This document shows positions 29,392 to 42,608 of a stretch of DNA of 64,000 bases, in pieces. A program made the position numbers and the translations under genes. Every line of letters starts with the position of its first letter. Position 1 is the first letter of the stretch. Source of the DNA: Chrysomallon squamiferum (Eukaryota; Animalia; Mollusca); the NCBI GenBank assembly GCA_012295275.1, contig CM022673.1, forward strand, positions 1,674,001 to 1,738,000. Reading direction: 5' to 3'. A model generated the notes under the pieces. The model made no database searches and had not been told where the DNA came from. It saw nothing but the letters and a program-made list of their open reading frames with translations.

Positions 29392-30231
29392 TTTGTTGTT
29401 ATTATTTTAAATTTATTTTAACATTAATGCCACATTCACTTATTTTTTTTTTTTTTTTTTTTTAATATAATTTAAAAAAAAAAAAATTTTGAACATTCCT
29501 GTTGCATTCAGTAGAAATCTTTTTTTAATTTAATGTTCTTATGAATTCAGTATGAAAATGCATTTTCTTAGATAATTGGTGAATGTTTTATTCAGAGGGT
29601 AATATATTTTATGAGTATTCTGTGGTTAATATCATGTGTTTGATATTTGGTGAATACTGGTGCTGTATTCAGTGGAAAAATTCTTCTTTTTCTCATTTCT
29701 TCTTTTCTCCTTTTTCTTTTGGATGTGTTGATTATTTGCATTCAATTGGCAAAAGTATATATTTATTTATCTGGTGAACTCTTATGCTACACTCAGTCTT
29801 AAACTGATTTTCTTTTAAAAATAGTATCTTTTTATTTGTTGTTTTAATATTTGTTTATTTATTTATTTATTTATTTATCTTTTTCTTTCATTCTTTCTTT
29901 CTTATATATTTTATACTTATTATTTTTTTGTTAATATTTTATGAACATTGACTGCATTGATTAATCTACAACTTTAAAAAAAAAAATTAAAATGCATCTA
30001 TATGTATCTATATGTTTGGTATCCATTGTGTTTTACTTACTGGATAAGTAAGGTTGGTGAATATTTATTTATTTTGCATTTTCAGATTATTTTTTCTTTA
30101 TATTATTCCTTTTTACATATTTAATTATTTATTTGTTTATTATTATTATTATTATTATTTTGTTTTTCTCCAGTAATATTTTATGAATATTGATTGGCCA
30201 TTTTGTATTTTTACCAAAAAAAAAAAAAAAA

Positions 30232-30267
<36 letters not shown>

Positions 30268-32582
30268 AGTATTTAACAGTGATTAACAGTAGTTTGGGTA
30301 AAATTGGTGAATACTTTTCATTTTTCTTATTTTTAATATATTCATATTGGATATGTTTATTCACTGGGAAAAGCAGGATGAACATTAATATCTGGTTAAC
30401 ATTTATTTGATGTCATTTGGTATGGGGAATGCAAAAATTGTTGGTATAGTATTTTGTGGATATTGCATTCATTGGTCTTAATTATTTATAACGTAATATT
30501 TGAAAGTGTTGATGTTCATTCCCTGGTCAGTATTTAATGAACACAGGTGCTAAGGTTGGGTGTTTTTTTTTTTTTTTTTTTTCCTCTGAAATACATATAG
30601 TTTGTAACAGTAGTTTTATATTCGTTGATAAATAGTAGTGAGTGACATTCAGAGGAATAAAATGAAAACATTTGGTGCTTTATATTTATAATCTTTACAA
30701 TTTTTAATACCATTTCTGATAATTTTTGCTTTTCCTATTTTTAACTTTTAATTTTTTTTTGTTTTGCATTCATGAGAAGAAAAAGTTACTTCATTTTAAT
30801 ATTTGGTGAGCTCTTATTTTGCATTCAGTTGAAAATTATTTTTGTTATTACTTTCATTTATTTATTTATTTTATCTATTTTTTCCCCATTTTCATTATTA
30901 TTATTATTTAAATTTATTTTTTGTTGAACTTTTTAAAAAATACAACACAGAGGAATAAAAGTCTTTTCTAAGATTTAATTTATACATTTTTTATTTTTTT
31001 ATTTCCATTTTATATATTTCATATATAATACTGATGCTAAATTCCAAGGGAAAAATAGATTACTTTTTTTTAAAACATTTTTGTCTCTCTAACAGATTTA
31101 GTGAACAGGTTTAAAATTTATATATATATTTTTTTTTTTTTCTATTCATTTATTAATATATTGTTTTCACTTATTTTTTTTTTACTGCTTTACATATATT
31201 GAGTATGAGCAAAAACGCTGGAGCAAAAACCTTTTTTTTTACTTTTTTCTTTCTTATTTTTAATCAATATATTTGGTGAATAGGTAATAATATATATATA
31301 TTTTTTTATCTTTTCTATTCATTTATTAGTACATTTTTTTTTCTATATATTTTTTATATTTCATATACACCGATGATGCTCTGAATTCATTATTTTTCTA
31401 GTTCTTTTTCTTTTTTTTTCTTTGTATTTTATATATTTCATATACATTACTGATGCTGAAATCATAGGACAAAATTGGTTATGTATCTTTTTTACACTGT
31501 GTTTAATGTTAGGAATATTCGATTTTTTTAATTTTTTTTATTTTTTATATTGTATTTGTTAGAAATATTTAACATTTAGGTGAAATTTTTATTATTATTA
31601 TTATTCCCCCCCCAATTTCACAAAATGAATTTGGAGAATAGGTGAGAATATATATATATATTTTTATTTATACAGTTTTTTCTTCTTTTCTATTCATTTA
31701 CTGTTACATGTTTTATTTATTAGTTTTTTCTTCTTTTCTATTCATTTAGTATTATATTTTTTATTTGTATATTTTTTATATTCTTTTCTATTCATTTTTA
31801 TTTTATTCATTTTACATTTTTTATTTAAATATTTTTTATATTATTTTCATTTATTATTCATTTTTTATTTTTTTATTCTTTTTATTCATTATTTTTTTAT
31901 TTTTATATGGTTATTTTGTTTCTTTTCTATTCATTTATTATTAAAAGTTTTGTTTATATATTTTTTACTTCAGTTTTTACACTTTTTATACATTACTGGT
32001 GTTGAATTCAGAGGGCTAAATTCATTATATTTTTTTTAGATTACTTTTATATTAGGAACATATTTTTTTTCCTTTTTTTTAAATATAATTTTGTATTTTA
32101 TTTTAAATGTATTATTTTTTTTATTTTATATATATTTTTTTTATTTTGTATTATTTTATTTTGTATTTTATTTTTTGTTTTATATTTTTTATATTTTTAT
32201 ATGTATATTGTTTATTTTATGATATATTTTATATTTTATTTATTTTATATTTTATATTTTAATTTATTTTATATTTTAGTTTATATATTTTATATTATTT
32301 TATATTTTGTTTTTTTTTATTTTTTTTATATTATTTTTTGTGGATTTTTTAATACTGTTTTAATGTTAGGAATATTGAAAAAAACAAAATATTTATTCCC
32401 ATTATTTTAAAAAAAAAATACATTAGGAGAATTTTTTATTTATATATTTTTTCTTCTTTTCTATTTATTTATTTTTTATATAATTTTTTTTCTTTTTTTC
32501 TATTCATTTATTTTTTATTTCAATTTTTACTCTTTTTTTTCTACATATTTTATATATTTCACATACATTTCATATTCAGTAT

Positions 32583-32616
<34 letters not shown>

Positions 32617-32709
32617 CTATAGGATTTAGTTAATATATATTAGTCATACTGAATTCTGAGGTCTAAATTGTTATATATCATTTTTGCACTATTTTTTATA
32701 TTTGGAATA

Positions 32710-32876
32710 TTTTTATTTTATTTTATTTTATTTTATTTCATTTTAGACTTTATTTTATTTTAATTTATTTTATTTTATTTTATTTTTATTTAATTTTAGA
32801 TTTTATGTTCTGTTCTGTTCTGTTCTCTTCTCTTCTCTTCTCTTCTCTTCTCTTCTCTTCTCTATTCTATTCTATT
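32710..32876. repeat. Compound pentanucleotide repeat (TTTTA)n-(TTCTG)n-(TTCTC)n-(TTCTA)n
   Basis: Direct inspection. Confidence 0.85.
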
Positions 32877-33093
32877 TACAGTTAATCCTTGTTATTTTTA
32901 TTTATTTATTAGTTTATTTTTTGGGGGGGTTGTTTATTTACTTACATTATTGATGCAGCAGTCAGTGTAAAAAATATATATATATATATTTATTTTTTAT
33001 TTATAATTTATATTAGCATTAGGTCAGCTAATTTAGAAAGAAAAGATAGATAAGTGAATCGAATTCTCTCTCTCTCTCTGTATATATAATTCA

Positions 33094-33095
<2 letters not shown>

Positions 33096-33176
<81 letters not shown>
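33096..33176. repeat. (CA)n microsatellite
   Basis: Direct inspection. Confidence 0.95.
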
Positions 33177-33180
<4 letters not shown>

Positions 33181-34049
33181 TATATGTAGATAGATATTAT
33201 ATACCTACATTTATCTATGTATTTTAATTTTAATTATGCTCCAGTCAGTGTTCATTTCCTTTATAAAAATGTATTCTACTTTCAGTGAGGAAAAGCTGTT
33301 TACTATTATTATTATTATTATTATTATTTTTTTATGTTAACATATATTTTTCATTAAATCAAGAAAATATATTTATAAAATTTATTTTATTTTGAATTTT
33401 TAAATAATTATTATTATTTTATATATATTTATATACTTGATGAAAATTGAAATGGCCTTTCAGAGTTCATTTTTGTAGTCGTATGTTTCCTTTAATTTTT
33501 TTTATTTCTTCTTTCTGTTTTGTGTTATGTTTGTCTTTTTTTATGTTCTATTTGTTGATCACTTTTCTGTTAAAAAAATATTAGATATATTTCTTATTTC
33601 AGAAATACTTTTGCTCTGTTTAGTGAGAAAAAGTGTTTTTTTACGTAACATTTGGTAAACCCTTACTTTTGCATTCAGCTAGGAATATACTGGATTTTTT
33701 TTTATTTCTTTCTTTATCGATTGATTTCTTTATTTATTATTACTGTTATTATTGTTTTTTAAATACTTGGTTAAAATTTAGGATTCTAGTGTTCATCATT
33801 TCTTCTTCTTTTTTCAATCTTTTAATATTTTCTTCTGCATTCAGCTGTCTGTTATGTAGTATTTAGGGAATATTAACTTTGCTGTCAGTTGGGAAAATAC
33901 TGTTTTCTTTTTGGAATTATTTTCTGCAAATTCATGCAGCATTCAGTATCTCTTTTATTATTTTTATCTGCTTGCAACAGGAGAAAGTCTCTTATATTTG
34001 GTAAACACTCGTTTTAACAAAAAAATGTATTTAGTTATTTATTTATTTT

Positions 34050-34081
<32 letters not shown>

Positions 34082-34372
34082 TTATATTAACTATTATTGT
34101 TACTTATATTATTAATTTTTTCTGTGTTTGTGGCATTTAAAAAAAAAAAAAAATGATTATTTGATAATATTGATGTGGCACTAAACTTGATATTTGCTAC
34201 ACACTAATGCTGCATTCATAGTGATAAATTATAGTTAACTTTGATGAATTCCTTGAAAACAAATGTAGGTTTAATTTTCTTTTCTTTTTTTCTAATATTT
34301 TTTTTTTAAATACTACATTTCTTATATTTCACTACAGCAGTCAAAATGCAAAAACCTTTTGTATGGTAACAT

Positions 34373-34417
<45 letters not shown>

Positions 34418-35186
34418 ATTGATGTGTAAACTTCTGAAGTTTAATAATAATAATATTTGGTGCCCAATAGTGCTGTTTTGTATGGTAACTATTTATTTTG
34501 TTATTATTATTATTACTTTATTTATACGTGAGCTTTTGATGTTCTGTGGGAAACTGTAATATTTGGTGCCCGCTAAATCTGTTTTCAGTACAACAAAAAC
34601 TTTTGTATGGAAGCATCTGCATTCATTTGGGATAAAGCTTTTGTTTGTGCTACTAGATTAGTAATTTTATTTATATTTTTTCCAGTTCTTCTATCACACA
34701 CAGCAGTTAATACAGACAATCATTTTGGTTCTTTTGAGAGTGTTTTGTTTAAATGATTTCACGTCAGGTGATAAGATTCGTGCTGTTAACGTTTGAGCAA
34801 AGTGAATGGCTTTTCATCTGCTTTCATAAATGTGAAGATGAAACTTTATTTTAAAGTATGCCACAGATTTAATCATATTTTAAAAACTTTACCAACAAAA
34901 TTTTGTTTAATGTTAGTGTGAATGTTTAAAATGATTAATACAGCACCTTAATTTTTGTACAAACATGTAAAAAGTATTTCATCCTTTTTTTTTTTTTTTT
35001 TTTTTTTTGTTAACTCATACATTTTATATAAAATCATGTTGCTAATGAAATTGTGAGTTTAAAAAATATTGTGATTCATAAATAACAGCCATTGTTAAAT
35101 TTGTATTTCATCAGTTGCTAGTAAATAACAAAGATTGTACATTTTATATTCCTAAAATTTCCACATTCATTTTACTGAATATTTTA

Positions 35187-35290
<104 letters not shown>

Positions 35291-36739
35291 ATTTTATTAT
35301 TTTTAATGAAAATAATGCCTGCGAAAGTTTGCAATGTATGTTAGGGACATTTTTTGCATGAAACTATTTTCTTAATTATTGTTTTGTGAAACAAAAACGT
35401 ACATGATGTGTTCAGATTATTAGTATTTAAATATAGAATATTTGTCCATAAGTTTCTAGGTACTGTTGTAATGCTGGCTTTATTTAGACAGGTGATCCAC
35501 ATTCAAAAACATTGTGTAGATTTGCTACCATCACAGATTATTAAAAAGAAATGTTAGTGTATTTGGCTTCATTTCATGTACCAAAAGGCATAGCTTCCTA
35601 TATGGCCAAAGACACACAAAGATTTGTTTACTAGCTGCCTTACAGTTTTACCCGCAGTTACATGTTTATGTAAATAAGTGATAACTTAAATTAATGTATA
35701 TTTATTGTATATATATATATAGATTACTGTATACAGTATGAAGAAGAATGTAAAAAAACAAAAAAAAAAAAAAAACAACAAAAAACTTTTTTTTTCTTTT
35801 TATACTTTTGACATGTTATTTTATTATAAAAAAAAAAAAAAAAAACAAAGTGAACAGTGAAATGTGACAACCATCACTTTCACTACTTTTGTGTACAAGG
35901 ATATATGAAAAAAAAAAATCTAAAAAAGAAAATGTGCGTACAAAGTATGCACATTTGTACTTGATGTAAGTTGAATAAAACTTACTTAATATGCATAAGT
36001 ATTTGTTTTTTATTAAATTAACACACTTTATTTCAGCAGACATCAAAAGCCATTTGGTTTACTGATTGTACCATCTGTCTGAAATCAGTGAGAAGTTTGT
36101 GGTATGGGTAGATACTGCAATTAGAAAATCATTTGACTAATAATAGAAAAAAGAAATATTCTAAGTTATTTTAAATATTTACTTGTTTTATTTAGAGTGA
36201 GAATGCTGCCATTTTCAGGAAAACAAAAACTAAACATAAATTTATTTTTAAAGCTCTAATGGTGAATATCAGTTTATTTATTTCGACTGATTGTGTGTTA
36301 CACATAACACTGGCTAATTTGTATAGGTGCCCAGTCATCTGACTTCCTAATTCAACTGTCTGTATTTTTATTTTAGTCTGTTTTACAGTCGGGGAATCAC
36401 CCAGGAAATTACACCCATGTATCACTAGTAAAATGTTTATAATACCTTCATGTTATATTTCATCTGAACAACATCTAGTGTTGTATTCAATGGCTACATT
36501 TTAAACCATTTCATTTTACTGGAGTGTTTATACATTTTCAAAGCATATACTGGTAATTAATAAATTTGGATATCCTTAAAACCACCCAACTAGGTTGTCC
36601 AATTTAACATATTGAAGCTTTCTGGTGTTTTTTTTAAGGGTAGGTGCACATGGTTGAGTTCCAACTGGGTGGGTGAGAATATTAAAAAACAAACAAAGAA
36701 ACAAAAGAAAACAACAAAACAGCAAAATAAATGGGAAAA

Positions 36740-37890
36740 ATATTTTTATTTAAACATGAATATAATAATAATCTGCGGACATACACGAAAACATTTACCA
36801 AAATAAAAAGTTTCAGTGCACTTTAAAAAGAAGAATGAACATTAATAAGGCCATAAAAATTATCAGTGATTTCAAAAGAAACACAACCCACAGATATATA
36901 TATATATATATATATAACAAATATGTAAGCTTCGCTATACTAAATAATAAAAAAAAATCACCCATAAAAATAAAACATAATCATGTATAAAATTAAAATT
37001 ATCTGTTTAAAAAAAACCTAAAAAAGCCCATGGATGCCCACAGTACACCAAAACCCATACCTAAACATTTAGCAACAAATTCTGAAAAAAAAGAAAAAAA
37101 AAAAAGAAATATATATATAAAAAAATAAGAGAAAAATTTAAAATAAAATAAAATGAAATATAAAAAATAAAAATCTTGTTTAAAAAACAAAACAAAATTG
37201 GTTGTTTGATACTGTTGGTAGTTTCCAGTGAACAAAAACAGATTCCATTAGCAGAGTGAGATTAAAATTCTAACAAGATAAAAATTAATTATGACTCCAT
37301 ATTATTACATACAGTAACAATTTGTATTTGCCATGATATAATAGACTTTATGAACTGGAAAATGTCATGTTTTCTATTTTACTGAAAGTATTATATCTTC
37401 AATTTCCTGAATTTTTGAAATTTTCACGTTTTCACTACTGAAAATCATTTTTTCATTTTTCCTGTATCATGTTTTCAACTGTAACATAAATAGAATATCC
37501 ACAAAAACATTTTGACAATTATCTACTTAGGTCTAAAATATCACAAATAATGGTTATATCATCCATTAAACCTACTGAAAAGTCTTAACTTTTCCCTGCA
37601 GTATTTTCAGGTGCTAATAAATATTTTGAACACAGGAAATGATAAAGAAATGACCAGAAAGTGTTGTCATGGGAACAGTAGAGAGTATTTAAAATACAAG
37701 ACTGTGTTGTGAAACAATAATAAAATTACTGAAATAAATATTATTTAAACTTAATTATAATTTAAGTAGTAAATATAAAGAATATGTTTTAAACTGCTTT
37801 ATGATTAATTTTTTTTGATTGCATATATAAAATGATATAAACAGCCAAAGATCACCTATGTTGATTATCTGTTCTGCAAAGGCTTTAAAA

Positions 37891-37955
<65 letters not shown>

Positions 37956-40900
37956 CAACAACAATAACAATAATAAAATAAATAATTAATTAAATTAATA
38001 AATTTAAAAAATATATAATAATTAAAGAAAGCACAATGTAAAAAATTAATAAAAAAAAATTAAACCAATATATTCAATAACTTTAGTGACTATATTCAGT
38101 GTGTGTATATATATATATATATATCATATATTTTTATAACATATCACTGCCAATTACAAACATACAACTACAATAAAATTCCATAAACATGGAAAAACAG
38201 TAAAATAATTTTAATCAACAAAGACCCTGTTAACACAAACCTACAACAAAATAAATATTTACAGTTTCTGTGTTTTGTCCATAAAAAATAAGAACTGTAA
38301 AGAAATCATAAAATGCTATAAAATGTATTTTTAATTTTAAAATTTGTGACAGAATCTATACAAAACATAAAAAAATGGTGAACTGCATGGAAGAAAATAT
38401 TTCATTGACATCTAAACAGTTGTTTGCATCCTGGTGTAAATTGATCAGTTTAAAAAAAAGAGGTCATATAAACTTAACAAACACCATATTTATTTACTCA
38501 CATGCACATGTGTATGTATGTATGTATGTATGTATGTATGTATGTTTATTTATATATAATCATAAAGCAAATAATTTATTCGTGGTTAAAACAAAAACTT
38601 AGTTAAGACCATTTTAACACAAGCAGGTTTTAAAACAAATGAGTCAATATGTATGAATTGAAATAAATAATCGCAATGTTGACATGGTTTGCAATAAATA
38701 AAATCAAACAGTTTTACATCATAAATAAAAAAAAAAAAGATTTCAGTGATTATAAAAAGACAAAAATGCTGTTATGATTAAGCAACCGTTTTTAATACAA
38801 CATTACACTGGCCTGATATTCCAAGATAATGGATCTTATGTCAAAAATGCATGATACAGAGGTCTAATAGTAAAAGTGTATTTCAAACTGTTGATCAAGT
38901 GATGACAATTAAAGATAAAAAGAAAACACTCTGGCCACTCAAATAAATAACGAAACAAATTGGAATTCATTTGATTGTGAATTACACAGTATACAGTACA
39001 TAAAAATAAAAAATAAAAGTTTTTAAAAATAGACATATCCACATAAAATATTATAAAATCATACAATCATTGTTTCATAATTTCATATATTTAATTAATG
39101 TCTATGCACTTGCACAAAATCATATAAAAGTCACTGAGGCAAAAAATACTCTTACAAGTTGTTGCATATAAGAACATTTCAAGAGACTGATTTGACTTAA
39201 AATGTGGTGTTTTTTTGGTTGTTTTTTCCTGTTTGATTAAATTTAATACAGATGAATAAAAAGTAAATTTATTAAATTTTCATTGCTGTAAAAATAAATT
39301 TCATATAAAATTCACCTTCACAATCTCAGCTTATGCAACATGATTTCTATCAAGTTTTAGGGCTTCATCCAAAGAAATGATTAAATACTGGCTCATGTGT
39401 CTTACTTTATTTAGAGAGAAAAAATAAATAAAATAACTTCATTTTTGGTACAAACCAGATTTTATTAATAAACATTTTGATTATTTTATGTATATAATGT
39501 TCTACAATGTTTTTTAAAAATAAATTGCAAATTCTGGGAGATTAAACTTAGATTTAATGAATTTTCATTAATTATAACTTCTAAAAAGAGAAATAGGAAA
39601 CAAAAGAAAAACACCAATGTATTTTGATTCTGCTATTCTAAAACAAAAGTAAATTTTATTAGCATTATGTTCAAGGTGAGTTATTTCCCTTTACGTGTTT
39701 AAAACGGTGATAATGGATGCATGTGTATTTGTGAATTAAGTATATATTAATAAATGTTTATTATTTCTGAAGAATGAAACTGAGATCAATTGAACAATGG
39801 ATACAACAAATTAATTTGAAAAGGATGATATTAAAAAACAAATAATAAATTAATAATGAAAAATAATAATAAAACCAAATTAAATGTACTTAAAATAAAA
39901 TAAAATAAAATAATGAAGAAGTAAATATATTTAAATCTCTTAAGTTTCCAAAATAACAAAAATACAAATTTGTGCACATATAAAAGATAAGACCTTCAAT
40001 TCCACTGTAGAACAGAATAATTTAAAATATAGTAAAAACTAATAATGGAACATACATAATTCAGTAGCAACACAAAACGGTAATTAAAATGTGGACAAAA
40101 TACTTTTGTGCTCTTTCACCTTATCAGAACAATAAAATACAGAATCCTAAATACTGTAACAGAAACAAATACACTTGCGATTTATAAACATTTTACAAGA
40201 ATGAAATGTCTCTCTTAAAAAAAAAAAATAATAAAAGAAAATAAAAATAAAAATAATAATAAACAATAAAAATAATAATAAACAATAAAATAATAATAAA
40301 TAATACATAAATATAAATAAAACAAATATAAACTGTTTATTTTCAAACCATCAGGACATTGAAAAAAATGAACAATAAATACCATAATTGAAACAAACAG
40401 AATCTCCACCATGACAAACATCACAGAAATATCTATCTATAAAATAATAATATTAACAACAAACAATATAAATAAAATGAAATAAAAAATAAACATATAT
40501 ACATATATATATATATATAATAAAATAAAATAAAATAAAAAGGAAAAAAGGTGAACAGATGGAAGTGTGGTAAATTAACTTTAAAATTAAAAGAAGAAAA
40601 AAAAGTGGTATTAAACTGAGATTATTTGTAATATGAAGATTGGAAGATAACAGTCAAAAAAGTGCATTTTTATCATTAATTTATCATTTGTTATTTATTA
40701 GCTTCTCATTTTGTTCATGGTGGCAAAACAGGTATTATGTGAACTGTATTTTGAAGTGGTGTTTAAATCATGGTTTGTGACTGCATACTTGTGTAAGTGG
40801 ATATGCCTCATCCCTTCTCTCTTTCTCTATCTGTGATATACTTGTTAGTTTGAGTATATTAAAATGCATGGTATGTATTATGTATGTGTGTTTAAGCTGG

Positions 40901-42608
40901 TATGGATGTAAAAATGTATACATATATTTATGTTTTGGAGTGTAATATATGGCTATTATATTATTTATATTAAACAAGTATATTCAGAACATGGTTTCTG
41001 AAACTGTTATAATTATTGAATGTGTTAAATCAATATAAAATACAAGGTCTTATCACAATATAGATAAACATTAATATAGATATTACTGCTTATAAAAAAT
41101 ATCCCCATTACACATACAAACATATACAGTCACACACATATAAGAATGAAATTTTGAAGTTATCTTTCTTATATATGTACCAGATAAAGCTATTTTAAAA
41201 AAAATGTTTACATGTATATAAAAAATCTTTTATTCTGAAAATATCAAACATTTACTATTTTTTAGAAGAGAAAAAGATTAAGTCAAAGATCATAAGTATT
41301 TAAACAATTGTTAGACATGATAATGTCCAATATCAGTTTCTTTATCATCTTGAATTTGATAAAAAATCTTAAATTATTAACACATTTCATTTTTATTCCC
41401 CACTTTTAGTGGCAGAACATAGATTTTAGGATAAATTTCACAAAAAAAAAAAATTAAATTACATGATTAATATTAGTGATGATATATTTTGTTTTTATTC
41501 TTACTGTAATAAATTGTGAATACATAAAATGTACCTGCAAGTACAGTTTAACACAAGATAAATATAAAAATGATACATATGCAATATATTTCATTTCTAA
41601 ATTTATAAACATTTTTCTTATGATGAATTAAAATAAGTATCAATACAGGTCTTTATAATTATATATAAAAATAATATATTTCAAAAATATTTAATTACAA
41701 TTTCAGTGATTTGCAAATTTTAAAATTTGTATTTCATTTTTTTTATTAAAGAAAAACAAACAAACCAGGTTTTAAAAAAATACTAACAAAAGTTAAAAAT
41801 GTTAAATAAGGTAATAATTATTAAAGAAAAAAAAAAAGCCCAGTAAAATAAAAGGTAAAATATTATGAATAAAATTAAATAAAATTAAAACAAAACACCA
41901 AACAAAAAATAAAACTTTTAACATTATTGATGATAATGTTTTAACAAGAAATAAAATATGTGAATATACTAAATGTACTTAAGCCACAAGTACAAGTTGA
42001 TCACCATTATTACCTTAGATAAATATAAAAATGATACATATGCACTATACATATGTATATATAAAAACATCATATATTACCTTTGTTATTTCAATAAAAT
42101 TTAATTACAAATTTGAAGAATTAAAAAATATAAAGTTTTAAAATTTCTAGACACCATAAGAGAAATTTGTTAAGTGCTAAATTAACTCGACTATTTTAAG
42201 TAAGAATAAAATTAAAATATTCTTTTTGTTTAAGTACAGTTTGTACTTTTATAGGATGATTTTAACAACAAAAGAAAAAAGAAACAAAAAAAAATGAAAT
42301 TTAGTATTAGAATAATATCTATCTTAAATATCAACAAATTATTGTAAATGGGAAATTAGAACACACACACACACACACACACACAAAACTGAGAGACAGA
42401 CAGTCAGAAAGAGAAAGACAGGATATATATATAAAAAATAATATAATAAAATATAAAATGAAAGAAAGAGAAATATAAATTATAAAAAAATAAAACATTA
42501 AATAAATAGATAAACATATATGAATACAAACATTTACGACAGTGCTACATCAAATATGACCAGATATAAAGTTAAACAGTTCTAACTGAAGTTACTAGCA
42601 GCACTGCA
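36740..42608 (-). other. Putative ~6 kb 3' UTR of the SLC45A3-like gene
   Basis: A-rich on + (U-rich on -) from the stop down to ~36.7 kb; minus-strand AATAAA at 36745-36750; skew flips between 36.0 and 36.7 kb. Confidence 0.45.
37892..37975. repeat. (AAT)n(AAC)n microsatellite
   Basis: Direct inspection. Confidence 0.9.

Larger units (their letters stand above)
29480..34630 (+). repeat. Degenerate direct-repeat array, consensus about ATATTTGGTGAAYAYTGNTGCTGCATTCAGTNGAAAA, with T-rich spacers
   Basis: Recognisable full or half copies at 29486, 29643, 29768, 30054, 30799, 31269, 33648, 33994, 34190, 34453, 34559 and several ACTGATGCTGAATTCA-type variants at 31030-32660; all in the same orientation. 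Confidence 0.65.

Noticed and set aside
29480-34630. CRISPR-like reading of the repeat-spacer array
   Set aside because: Eukaryotic context, highly degenerate repeats, low-complexity spacers of very unequal length, no cas genes.
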